Source: Nitrospinales bacterium | GTDB taxonomy: Bacteria; Nitrospinota; Nitrospinia; Nitrospinales; JAJDAT01 | Assembly: GCA_046757665.1 (NCBI GenBank) | Contig: JBHHYO010000007.1 | Location: 1,173 to 65,172, forward strand | Reading direction: 5' to 3' | DNA length: 64,000 nt | In this document: in pieces, positions 47,128 to 56,171 of the stretch | How positions within the stretch are numbered: the first letter of the stretch is position 1 | Layout: every line of letters begins with the position of its first letter | Notes under the pieces: model-generated | What the model was told of the DNA's origin: nothing | Seen by the model: the letters and a program-made list of their open reading frames with translations, nothing else | Databases searched by the model: none | Position numbers and translations under genes: made by a program

Positions 47128-48438
47128 ATGAGTACTCCCTTGACCATCATCGGCGCCGGGCTTGCGGGTTCGGAAGCGGCCTGGCAGGCCGCCCAGCGGG
47201 GCGTTCGCGTGATTTTGCACGAAATGCGGCCGCAAACCGCCACGCCCGTTCACAAAACCGGCGACTGCGCCGAGTTGGTGTGTAGCAATTCCCTGGGGTC
47301 CAACCTGCCCGGTTCGGCGCCCTTTTTGCTGAAGGAGGAGTTGCGTAATCTGGACTCCCTGGTGATCCGCGCCGCGGACCGCCATGCCGTGCCGGCGGGC
47401 GCCGCCCTGGCCGTTGACCGCAAACGGTTTGCCGACGAAATCACACGCGCCATCCTCGATCATCCCAACATCACGCTGGTTCGGGAAGAGGTGGTGGAGA
47501 TTCCCGCCGCCCGTCCGCTGATTATTGCCACCGGGCCCCTGACCTCGCCAAACTTGTCCCGGCAAATCATCGATTTGATCGGCCAGGACTACCTTTATTT
47601 TTACGATGCGCTTTCTCCCATCGTCGATGCCAACACCATTGATTATCAAAGTGCGTTTTTTGCCTCGCGGTACGACAAGGGCGACAAGGATTACCTGAAC
47701 TGTCCCATGAACAGGGAGCAGTACGGCAAGTTTGTCCATGAACTTTGCCACGCCGAGAAGGTGCCCTTGAAATCCTTCGAAAAGCCTCTCTATTTCGAAG
47801 GCTGTATGCCTGTCGAAGAACTGGCTCTGCGCGGGGAACAAACCCTTGCCTTCGGGCCCTTGAAGCCGGTGGGACTGCTCCATCCGGAAACCGGCGAGCG
47901 GTTCCACGCGGTGGTGCAACTGCGCCGGGAAAACAAGGAAGGGACGGCGTACAACCTGGTTGGGTTTCAAACCAAGTTGACTTACCCCGAGCAGAAACGG
48001 ATTTTCAAAATGATCCCGGGCCTGGAAAACGCGGAATTTTTCCGCTACGGCGCCATCCACCGGAACACGTTCATCAACACGCCGGATTTGCTGACCCGGA
48101 ACTTGAGCGTCAAGGCGCATCCGGGCATTTACTTTGCCGGACAGATTGTCGGTGTGGAGGGCTATGTGGAATCCTGCGCCATGGGGGCCATTGCCGGGTT
48201 GAGCGCCATCGGGAAACTCAACGGCGGGGACTTTGCTCCGCCGCCACCGGAGACGGCCATCGGCGCGTTGCTCAACCACGTCACCGAAAAGAAAAAAGGT
48301 CCTTACCAGCCGATGAACATCAACTTCGGCTTGTTCCTCGGCCAGGAAACGCGCGTCCGCGACAAGAAGCAACGTAACAAAATGATCATTCAGCGCGCCC
48401 TCGGCGCCCAGTCCCGTTGGCTGAAAGACGCCGTTTAA
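47128..48438 (+). CDS. trmFO: Methylenetetrahydrofolate-tRNA-(uracil-5-)-methyltransferase TrmFO (Gid)
   Basis: LTIIGAGLAGSEAAWQAAQRGVRVILHEMRP...ELVCSNSLGS. The ATG at 47128 is 10 nt after the topA stop. Confidence 0.93.
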   Translation: MSTPLTIIGAGLAGSEAAWQAAQRGVRVILHEMRPQTATPVHKTGDCAELVCSNSLGSNLPGSAPFLLKEELRNLDSLVIRAADRHAVPAGAALAVDRKRFADEITRAILDHPNITLVREEVVEIPAARPLIIATGPLTSPNLSRQIIDLIGQDYLYFYDALSPIVDANTIDYQSAFFASRYDKGDKDYLNCPMNREQYGKFVHELCHAEKVPLKSFEKPLYFEGCMPVEELALRGEQTLAFGPLKPVGLLHPETGERFHAVVQLRRENKEGTAYNLVGFQTKLTYPEQKRIFKMIPGLENAEFFRYGAIHRNTFINTPDLLTRNLSVKAHPGIYFAGQIVGVEGYVESCAMGAIAGLSAIGKLNGGDFAPPPPETAIGALLNHVTEKKKGPYQPMNINFGLFLGQETRVRDKKQRNKMIIQRALGAQSRWLKDAV

Positions 48439-48462
48439 TGTGTTGGGATGTGCGGCGGTGGG

Positions 48463-48918
48463 TCAAGGCTTTTTGTCGGGCCAGGGGGGACGGGTCCAAG
48501 CCAGCCAGTAGAAGCCCATCTCATTCAGTATTTCACTGAACTTTTCAAAAGAGAAGGGTTTGACCAGGTAGTTGTTCGCTTTTTGCTCATACGCTCTGCC
48601 GATGTCTTCCGCCGCCTCGGAAACCGTGAGGACGATGACCGGAGTTTTTGCCAGTAGCTTGGAGCTTCTTATTTCCTTGAGGACGTCCAGGCCGTCCACC
48701 TTGGGCAGGCGAAGGTCCAAAAGGATCAGGTGCGGCGGTGGGCGATGGGTGGGATCTTCGGCATCCCACTGGAAAAGATAATCCAGGGCCTGCTCGCCAT
48801 CGGAAAACCGCAGGACCCGGTTGGCCATCCGGTTATTTTCCAAATTTCGCATGACAAGCTCGGCCTGGGCGTCGTCGTCCTCAATGAGCAAAATCGTCAA
48901 AGGTTCTCCCTGCATCAT
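48463..48918 (-). CDS. Response regulator, receiver domain only (151 aa)
   Basis: ILLIEDDDAQAELV...LILLDLRLPKVDG...PVIVLTVS...NNYLVKPF. GAGGAG SD 8 nt upstream. Starts 4 nt after the kinase stop. Confidence 0.85.
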   Translation of the reverse strand: MMQGEPLTILLIEDDDAQAELVMRNLENNRMANRVLRFSDGEQALDYLFQWDAEDPTHRPPPHLILLDLRLPKVDGLDVLKEIRSSKLLAKTPVIVLTVSEAAEDIGRAYEQKANNYLVKPFSFEKFSEILNEMGFYWLAWTRPPWPDKKP

Positions 48919-48922
48919 GGTG

Positions 48923-50788
48923 TTACTCCTCGCGAGACAAAGTTTTTGGAGAGGGGAGGGAAATATAAAAAATGGCGCCTTTTTCCTGCCCATCGGACTC
49001 GATCCAGACGCGCCCGCCATGGGATTCAATAATCCGTTTCACAATGGCCAGTCCCATACCGACGCCTTCGGTGTGGGGTTCCAGTTTTTCAAATAGGCTG
49101 AAAACTTTTTGGTGATACTGGGGGTCAATTCCCATGCCGTTGTCTTTAACGTACCAGACGATGTTCCGGCCGTTTTTTTCAGCTCCGATTTCGATGCGCG
49201 GCTGGGGTTGGTCGCCCATATATTTAACGGCGTTGGAAATCAGGTTTTGCATGACATTGAGGAGCCGGGATTTGTCGCCGAAGATCAATGGCAGTTCGGA
49301 AGGTATGACGACTTGCGCTCCCCGTTTTAAAATTTGACCGGCGACCCGGTCCACCGCTTCGCGCGCCAGGTCTCCGAGGGCAATCTCTTCCGGGGAATGG
49401 GGAACGCGGCCGATTCGGATGAACTCGAGCAGTTCGTCCAGTTGTTGTTTCATCTTGCGCGTGGCGGCGGTGATGCGCTCGACATCCCTCTTCATATAGT
49501 CAAAATTCGCGGCGGCCGCATCTTTTTCCAGCAGGGCGACAAACCCGCTGATGGTCACGAGGGGGCTTTTCAGGTCATGAGAAATGGTGTAGGTGAATTG
49601 TTTCATCTCGGTATTTTTGTTCTTCAATTCCGTAATCAGCTTTGCCTGTTCCTCTTTGTAGCGTTTCAGGTACCGGTTCATTTTGTTGAAGGTTTGCCCG
49701 AGCTGTCCTATTTCGTCGCCCGATGTGATCTCGAGAGGCTTGGACGGATAATCCATGGAAATCTCGTTGGCGGCATCCGTGAGTTTGCGAATGGGGATAC
49801 TGATCCTCCCGGCGATGAACAGCGCCAGCAACACGCTGAACAAACTGATGATGACGCCCATGCCGATAAAAATGTTTTTAAGTTTTGTGACGACCGAAAA
49901 CGCTTCACGCGCTTCGTGCAGAATCAAAACCCCCCAGCCAAATCCCCCGAACTCCCGGTAACCTTTTGACCCGGCATAACCTGCCAGTATTTTTTCCCCG
50001 CTTGGATTGTACTCGATCAGGAATCCCTTTTGGCCCTGGAGGGCGAGTTTGGCCGATTGAAACCCAAGAGAAATTAAATTTTTGTCGGATAACCTTTCCT
50101 TGTTGCCTTCATCTTCCAGGATGAAGCCGGGGCCGGAGATGACGAACCCTTGTTTGTTTATCAACAGGGTATACCCGGAGGGAGTTTGCCCTTTTGTGCT
50201 GACCTTCACGGAGTTGGTGATTTCAAAAAGCTCGCTCCAGTTCAGCCGCGACGACAGAAAGCCAATCACGTTTCTCCGCTCCCGAGAGTCGAAAATCGGG
50301 GCGGTGAAGTCCAGGGCGAAACCTCCCACCAGGCCGGATTTTCGCAAATCCTTAACCAGAACCTGCCGTTTGCCGGCGGCCTCTTTAAACCATTGCTTCC
50401 CGGAAACATCGACGCCGATGGTCCCGGGATTGCTGGAAGCGATAATTTCTCCCTTAGCGTTTATACAAAAAATTCCCGAATAAATCCCGTATTTTTTTTT
50501 CAACTTCGTCAGGACATTCGTGATTCGGCCTTCGGGATCGCCAGCCGTGAGGCTCTGCATAACCTCCATGGAAGACCAGGCCTGGATGTCTTCTTTTGCG
50601 TTAAACAGCAAACGGTCGATTTTGTCGATTGTTTGAAACGCCAGCTCCTGCAGGTTTAAACCGATACTCCTTTTCAGGAATTTCTGGCCGCTGTCGTATG
50701 TTACGAGGGTCATTATCGCTATAGGCGACAAAGAGAGCAGGAGAAAACAGATCAACAGTTTTGTTTGAATGGATAATTTGAGCTTCAT
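48923..50788 (-). CDS. Sensor histidine kinase (TM, Cache-like periplasmic domain, TM, HAMP, HisKA, HATPase_c)
   Basis: FTYTISHDLKSPL (H-box), DNGMGIDPQYHQKVFSLFEKL, GVGMGLAIVKRIIESHGG. About 270 aa lie between the two TM segments. Confidence 0.88.
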   Translation of the reverse strand: MKLKLSIQTKLLICFLLLSLSPIAIMTLVTYDSGQKFLKRSIGLNLQELAFQTIDKIDRLLFNAKEDIQAWSSMEVMQSLTAGDPEGRITNVLTKLKKKYGIYSGIFCINAKGEIIASSNPGTIGVDVSGKQWFKEAAGKRQVLVKDLRKSGLVGGFALDFTAPIFDSRERRNVIGFLSSRLNWSELFEITNSVKVSTKGQTPSGYTLLINKQGFVISGPGFILEDEGNKERLSDKNLISLGFQSAKLALQGQKGFLIEYNPSGEKILAGYAGSKGYREFGGFGWGVLILHEAREAFSVVTKLKNIFIGMGVIISLFSVLLALFIAGRISIPIRKLTDAANEISMDYPSKPLEITSGDEIGQLGQTFNKMNRYLKRYKEEQAKLITELKNKNTEMKQFTYTISHDLKSPLVTISGFVALLEKDAAAANFDYMKRDVERITAATRKMKQQLDELLEFIRIGRVPHSPEEIALGDLAREAVDRVAGQILKRGAQVVIPSELPLIFGDKSRLLNVMQNLISNAVKYMGDQPQPRIEIGAEKNGRNIVWYVKDNGMGIDPQYHQKVFSLFEKLEPHTEGVGMGLAIVKRIIESHGGRVWIESDGQEKGAIFYISLPSPKTLSREE

Positions 50789-50849
50789 GCGAGCCCCGTT
50801 GTATGCCGCGGAAAATCAGTCGACAATACGCGCTTTTCGGTCAGGCGCC

Positions 50850-51305
50850 TCACTTGAGTTTGTAATTCTTTTCGCCCGGCAAGGCGCCGTCAATCCTGAT
50901 GACCTGGTCTTCATCGCCGATTTCGCTCAAATAGATATAACCGATGGCGTTGGGGATGCTGTACACCAGCCTTCTGGCGCCGAAGGATGATTTTGACGAC
51001 AGGGTTTTAAAAGGCAACGGCGAATCGGGCATAATGAATTCCTTACCCGGTTTGGATTTCAGCACGACTTTGTAGAAGCGGGCTCTGATCCTTGAGTTGA
51101 GCGGCCGGTTGATGACGAATATTCTTTGCCCGTCGGGCCATTTGACGATTTGGCCCTTGTAAATTTTTGCCAGCTCGCCCATGGAAAGGTTGGTGACATT
51201 GATGAGTTTGTTGACCAGAATAGCGATCGGTTCCGGTTCGGAAGCCCAGGACGGGGGCGCGGGACAAAGCGATATCAAAAAAATGAAAACGATCGTTTTT
51301 TTCAT
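50850..51305 (-). CDS. Small periplasmic PstS-like (PBP_like_2) single-lobe protein
   Basis: Signal peptide MKKTIVFIFLISLC. NLSMGELAKIYKGQIVKWPDGQRIFVINRPLNS...PNAIGYIYLSEI resembles one lobe of phosphate-binding proteins. Confidence 0.6.
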   Translation of the reverse strand: MKKTIVFIFLISLCPAPPSWASEPEPIAILVNKLINVTNLSMGELAKIYKGQIVKWPDGQRIFVINRPLNSRIRARFYKVVLKSKPGKEFIMPDSPLPFKTLSSKSSFGARRLVYSIPNAIGYIYLSEIGDEDQVIRIDGALPGEKNYKLK

Positions 51306-51322
51306 TTGATGTTGCCGGTTCC

Positions 51323-52642
51323 TCAAAAAGCGGCTGAAACCGAAGCGACGAATCCGTTGTTGTTGCCGCGTTCCAGGACCTCGTGGTCCGTCTGGTTAAG
51401 CTGATATTCGATTTTGAAAGCAAAGGGTTCGACCGGCCGGTAATTGAAGCCTATCGTCAAGCGACTCTCATCGTTGTCGCCCGTTCCGGGGTCGCCGTCA
51501 TCGTCAATCCGGGCCTCGCCGTATCGGACGATGGCGGTAAAGGTGGGGGCGCTGAAATTTCTGCCCAGAAAAGTACTGTTCAAAACGTCAAACCAAAAAT
51601 GATAATTGACCTGGACGTAGCCGCCGCTCAGGGTTTCCGGCACGGTCTGGGCGGGATTGTTCTTCTGAAACCCTTTTTCGAGATTGAAAAAGGCGTATTC
51701 GCCTATCAATTCCCAGGGGCCTGAACTGAAATCCCAGTCAACGTCAACGCCAAAGATATTCTTCCCTTTGTCGTTGTACTCCCCGTAATATCCGCTGATG
51801 CCGATTTCCTGATCGGAAAACGGTGAGAGACCGATGCGGCCGACAATCGCCTTGTTGTTGTTGGTGTCGGTTTTAAACGATCCCCGGGCATTTCGCGTGC
51901 CGGTGTCGTCCAGGTCGTCGGTGAGTCCGTTGATGAAGTAAAACTGGTAGTTGATGGTGAAATTGTTGAAGGGTTCCGGCAGGCGGTGGCCCGGGAAAGC
52001 GTCGCCCGTGAAGCCGGCCCCCGCTTCACTCCAGGTTGTCGGGATAACCCGCCGCATCGCAATGGGCCGGTCCGTCAGGTCCCGGAAAGGGTCGAAATGC
52101 TCCAGGTTGAACTTGCCGAAAGGAACCAGAATCACGCCGAAGCGGGGGTTGAAATAGGGATTGATGTTGTATTCAATCCATCCCTGTTCGATCTCTACCT
52201 CACCTTCCCGGGAACCGGCATGGGTCGTGGCGGTTCTCTCAAACTCTATTTCGGTAAATCCCCGGAGCCGGTCGGTAATGTTGGCATCGACGAAAAGTTC
52301 TATGTTCCTGGCATCAAATGTGGAATCCGCATTCGCGAAATCCTCGAATTTCAAGGTGCCGTACAGGTTTAATTTAATTCTCCGTTCGATTTTCTGTAAA
52401 AATGTTTCTTGCTGTTCCTGTAAAAAAGAAACCTCTTCCTCCAATTGCCGAACTTTTTGTTCCAGCGCTTTTTGATGTGCTTGTGATTTCTTTTTCTTGT
52501 TCCTTTTTCTTTCCAGGACGTCGACTTTCTTTTCCAATACCGATAGTTGTTTTTTCAGGTCGGCAAGATCATCCGACTGGGCCGTGCGAGCCAGGCAAAA
52601 GATCAAAACGAATGCAACGAACAAATGAAGGGCTATTTTCAT
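51323..52642 (-). CDS. Outer-membrane beta-barrel porin with N-terminal coiled coil (OprO/P-like)
   Basis: Signal peptide, then heptad-rich LADLKKQLSVLEKKVDVLERK...VRQLEEEVSFLQEQQ, alternating beta-strand pattern, and C-terminal ...VASVSAAF (terminal Phe). Confidence 0.65.
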   Translation of the reverse strand: MKIALHLFVAFVLIFCLARTAQSDDLADLKKQLSVLEKKVDVLERKRNKKKKSQAHQKALEQKVRQLEEEVSFLQEQQETFLQKIERRIKLNLYGTLKFEDFANADSTFDARNIELFVDANITDRLRGFTEIEFERTATTHAGSREGEVEIEQGWIEYNINPYFNPRFGVILVPFGKFNLEHFDPFRDLTDRPIAMRRVIPTTWSEAGAGFTGDAFPGHRLPEPFNNFTINYQFYFINGLTDDLDDTGTRNARGSFKTDTNNNKAIVGRIGLSPFSDQEIGISGYYGEYNDKGKNIFGVDVDWDFSSGPWELIGEYAFFNLEKGFQKNNPAQTVPETLSGGYVQVNYHFWFDVLNSTFLGRNFSAPTFTAIVRYGEARIDDDGDPGTGDNDESRLTIGFNYRPVEPFAFKIEYQLNQTDHEVLERGNNNGFVASVSAAF

Positions 52643-52826
52643 AACGTCGAACTCTTCTGGAGGCGCTTTCCCTGGTTTTTTCAGGAGCACGGCCCTCCGC
52701 GCATTCCGGTGCGCGACAGGCGGCCAGGAACCCTGGATTTTGAAAAAGAGGAACTGCCGCCGATCAAAGATATCATATTCCGGGCGGCAAACACAGGTGG
52801 GGATTGATTTTCTCGCGGGGTGATGG

Positions 52827-55700
52827 CTAAACGATGCAGACGGCCTGTACTTGCTTGAGGTCGCACTGGCCCTTGAAGATTTTCCAGATGCCGTCTTGTT
52901 TCAGGGTGGTCATGCCGTCCCGGATGGCTTGTTCGCGGAGGTCGTCGATCAGGTCCTTTTTCATGATCATGTTTTTCATGACGTTGGTTCCCTCCAGCAG
53001 TTCATGCAGGCCGGTGCGGCCCGCGTAGCCGGTGTTCATGCACTTTTCGCACCCGACGGCTTTGTTGAGGGTCAGGTCGTCGGTGTATTCGATTCCCAGG
53101 GCGGGGAATTCGTCCTTGCCGTATTCCCCCACCAGGATATCGAATTCCTCGCGGCTGGGATGATAGGCTTTCTTGCAATTTTTGCAAAGGGTGCGCACTA
53201 GCCTCTGGGCGAGAATCAACAACAGGGCATCGGCGAAGTTGAGGGGATTCATCCCCATGTCGAGCAGGCGGGTGATGGTTTCCGGCGCGGAGTTGGTGTG
53301 CAGGGTGCTGAATACGAGATGCCCGGTCAGGGACGCTTCCAGCCCGATGGCGCAGGTTTCGGCGTCGCGCATTTCACCGACCATGATGACGTCTGGATCA
53401 CAGCGCAGGAAAGACCGCATGGCGCGGGCGAAGTTCAGCCCGATCTTGTCTTGCATCTGCACCTGGCGCAAGCCCTTCTGGGTGATTTCCACGGGGTCTT
53501 CCGCGGTCCATATTTTCCTGTCGGGGACGTTGATATGCCCCAGCGCGGAATGGAGCGTGGTGGTTTTACCCGATCCCGTGGGGCCGACGACGAGAACCAG
53601 GCCGTAAGGTTTGGATATTTTTTCCTTGAGCAAGGTCAGGTTGCGTTCGGAGAAATTCATTTTGTCCAGCGGAATGGGCTTGCTGGCGGCCAGGATACGC
53701 AAGACGGCGTCTTCGTTGTTGCCGACGGTGGGACAGGTGGCGACGCGGAACTCGACTTCGTTTTTGCCGTACTTCATTTTGATTTTCCCGTCCTGGGGCA
53801 GGCGTTTTTCGGCGATGTCCAGTTTGGACATGATCTTGAGGCGCGACAAAAACGCCTGGCGATACATGGCTGGGATTTCCTCGTAAACCCGGCAGGCCCC
53901 ATCCTTGCGGTAGCGGATGGTCATGTTTTCCTTGCCGATGCCGGGTTCGATATGAATGTCGGAGACTCCCTGGTCGTAAGCGTCGGTCAGAATTTTGTTG
54001 ACCAGGCGGACGATGCCGCTGTCGCTGTCGCTGATGGCGCTTTCTTCCTCCTCGTCCATCACGGTCTGTATGTTGCCGTCCTCTTCCTTCTCTGCCCTTA
54101 GGGCGGACAACAGGGAGGAAATTTCCTCGGTCTCGCCTTCCTCGATGGCTTCCTCGATGGCCTCCTCGCCGTCTTCGGTGGTTTTCAGAAAGTCCAGGAT
54201 ATCCAGTTTCAATCCCACCTTAAACTCAACCTTTTTCCTCCGGAAAATGAGTTTGATGTTTTGGATGTTGCTCTCTGAACTGGGATCGTCGACAAGAATG
54301 ACGGCTTTTGTTTTGTCGTTTTGAATGGGCACCCAGAGATTTTTCAGGAGGTAATTTTTGTTCAGGCCGGTAAAGACTCTGGGGTCCAAAACGATGGAAG
54401 AGTTATAGCCGTAATAGGGGACGTTATAAAAGTGTTCCAGGGATTTGCCGACCTCCTCGCGTTTCACGTTGAAATTCCTTACCAGCACGGTTTCGGTGTC
54501 GAGGTTCTCTACTCTGGCCTTGGCGGTGGCGTCGGTCAACTCTTCTTCGGTGATAAGCCCCTTGTTCAGTAGCAGGCTGAACTTGGTGGGTTTGGGCGGT
54601 ACGAATTTGGTCTGGTTGTAAAAAGCCAGCGCCAGGGTTTCGGCCATGAGCAGGCCGTCTTCTTCGTCCAGAGCGTTGAACCATGCGCCGCTTTTCTTGT
54701 TGATCAACTGGAGGACGCCCATCAGCTTTTTTTGATGTATGAGCGGATAGACCAGCATGGACCTGGACTTGAACCCCGTTTTTTTGTCCCAGGAACTGTC
54801 GAAAGACAGGCTGGCGTGATATTTTTTTAACTCGTCCTCATTGTAAACATCGTTGATATTGAGAATTTTTTGTTTCCATGCCGCAAATCCGGCAACGCTT
54901 TTTGGGGAGATGGGAACGCGGATTTCCTCGATGGCTTCGCCGGTTTTGACTTTGGAGTAAATCTCGTTTTTTTCGGAGTCGAGGACGTAAATGGTAATGG
55001 CCTCGGCGTCAAACAACTCCAGAATGGATTTTTTTAGCTCGATGAGGATGCTGTCGACATTCTTTGCGGCATGGATTGCCTGGGTGATGGCGTGGGATTT
55101 TTCCGCGCGTTCGTATGTTTGTTTGGCCGGCCCTTCCATGGGCAGTTTTTCGAGGTCCAGTTTGATGAGCGCCAGCCCAAGGACGGGGGAGATCATTTTT
55201 GCCCGGTTCAAATCATCCGTCGTGAACTGTTCCCCGTTTTTCTTGTTTATGATCTCCATGATGCCCACCATTTTTTTGTTGTGGGGCAGGGGGATCACCA
55301 ATAGCGACCGTGTGCGGAAATTCAATTTTTGGTCCCAGGAGGAGTCGAAAGAGAGTTGCGGATGATGTTTGGACAGTTCTTCGGCGTTGTACGCATCGGC
55401 AATGTTGAGGGGTTTGCCGAGGGCCGCGACATAGCCGACGAGGTTGTCTCGGGAAATATTGAAGCGGATTTCCGGAACGTTGTCAGCGGCCGTATTCTCG
55501 GCATAGAGTTGCCGTTTTGCCCGGTCCAGCCTGAACAGGGTTACCACCTCGCAATCGAACAAATCCGTGAGCGCCTCGGTCAGCGGTTTGATCAGTTCGC
55601 TGATCTTGTTGCTCGATTGCACTTGCGCGGCAATCTTTTGCCACCGGGCCGCGGCTTCTTGAATTTTTTTGTCGGGAATTAATATGTCAGAAGTCGTCAT
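52827..55700 (-). CDS. GspE/PilB/MshE-type secretion ATPase with two N-terminal GAF-like domains and a GspE-N-like domain
   Basis: Internal duplication (...LSFDSSWDQKLNFRTRSLLVIPL... / ...LSFDSSWDKKTGFKSRSMLVYPL...). Walker A GPTGSGKTTT, VGEMRD, TGHLVFSTLHTN, tetracysteine CKNC...CEKC. Confidence 0.88.
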   Translation of the reverse strand: MTTSDILIPDKKIQEAAARWQKIAAQVQSSNKISELIKPLTEALTDLFDCEVVTLFRLDRAKRQLYAENTAADNVPEIRFNISRDNLVGYVAALGKPLNIADAYNAEELSKHHPQLSFDSSWDQKLNFRTRSLLVIPLPHNKKMVGIMEIINKKNGEQFTTDDLNRAKMISPVLGLALIKLDLEKLPMEGPAKQTYERAEKSHAITQAIHAAKNVDSILIELKKSILELFDAEAITIYVLDSEKNEIYSKVKTGEAIEEIRVPISPKSVAGFAAWKQKILNINDVYNEDELKKYHASLSFDSSWDKKTGFKSRSMLVYPLIHQKKLMGVLQLINKKSGAWFNALDEEDGLLMAETLALAFYNQTKFVPPKPTKFSLLLNKGLITEEELTDATAKARVENLDTETVLVRNFNVKREEVGKSLEHFYNVPYYGYNSSIVLDPRVFTGLNKNYLLKNLWVPIQNDKTKAVILVDDPSSESNIQNIKLIFRRKKVEFKVGLKLDILDFLKTTEDGEEAIEEAIEEGETEEISSLLSALRAEKEEDGNIQTVMDEEEESAISDSDSGIVRLVNKILTDAYDQGVSDIHIEPGIGKENMTIRYRKDGACRVYEEIPAMYRQAFLSRLKIMSKLDIAEKRLPQDGKIKMKYGKNEVEFRVATCPTVGNNEDAVLRILAASKPIPLDKMNFSERNLTLLKEKISKPYGLVLVVGPTGSGKTTTLHSALGHINVPDRKIWTAEDPVEITQKGLRQVQMQDKIGLNFARAMRSFLRCDPDVIMVGEMRDAETCAIGLEASLTGHLVFSTLHTNSAPETITRLLDMGMNPLNFADALLLILAQRLVRTLCKNCKKAYHPSREEFDILVGEYGKDEFPALGIEYTDDLTLNKAVGCEKCMNTGYAGRTGLHELLEGTNVMKNMIMKKDLIDDLREQAIRDGMTTLKQDGIWKIFKGQCDLKQVQAVCIV

Positions 55701-55939
55701 TACACAGGTCTTTCAGAAAACGTTACTCAACGATGCAAACGGTCAAGCTTTTTCGGTGTTACAGTTGTCCGTGGACCACCGCAGCGATTTCGTCTGTTTT
55801 AGGGTTGTCAAGCGGGTTGTTACGGTCCGCTGGCGGATATTTTCCATCAGGGCATTTTGCAGGATCAATCGTTTTATGTCGTCGGTTCATTTTTGAACTA
55901 AAAAACAGCAACTTTACCCTAGTTATTCTACTTTATCCT

Positions 55940-55968
55940 ACTATTCCGCTGGGCAAAACTCAAGTCAA
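55940..55968 (-). promoter_or_regulatory. Sigma-70-like promoter candidate for the ATPase gene
   Basis: On the minus strand: TTGACT (55968-63), 17-nt spacer, AATAGT (55945-40). This would give a ~230-nt leader. Confidence 0.35.
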
Positions 55969-55996
55969 AACAAGAGAAAACTATCCTAAACGTATT

Positions 55997-56034
55997 GAAA
56001 ATTCAAGCGTTAATTTCTTGCTTGAATTTTTTTT
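55997..56034 (+). terminator. Orphan terminator-like palindrome (11-bp stem plus T8)
   Basis: gAAAATTCAAGC-gttaatttctt-GCTTGAATTTTtttt. There is no plus-strand gene upstream for more than 7 kb. Confidence 0.5.
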
Positions 56035-56171
56035 CGCGTGTGCGCGGTTATTGCGTGGCGGTGGAGTCGATCCGGTTTTCCGGCGGCCCGAAAGATTAAT
56101 CTTGATTTTCCCGGCGAATAAAAACAGAATAACACTCCTTATTGAATGTCCAACCAACCGGTCATGCCAGG

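Noticed and set aside
46200-48372. Minus-strand ORFs of 347 and 426 aa opposite topA and trmFO
   Set aside because: Antisense shadow ORFs with no recognisable domains.
55831-55846. TGGCGG-atatt-TTCCA as a possible plus-strand sigma-54 promoter feeding the orphan terminator at 55997
   Set aside because: The critical -12 GC is replaced by CC, so the match is too weak to claim.
55759-55890. 43-aa minus-strand ORF (MNRRHKTIDPAKCPDGKYPPADRNNPLDNPKTDEIAAVVHGQL) in the putative leader of the GAF-ATPase gene
   Set aside because: No SD-like sequence upstream and no recognisable features. It could be a uORF, but the sequence alone does not support calling it.
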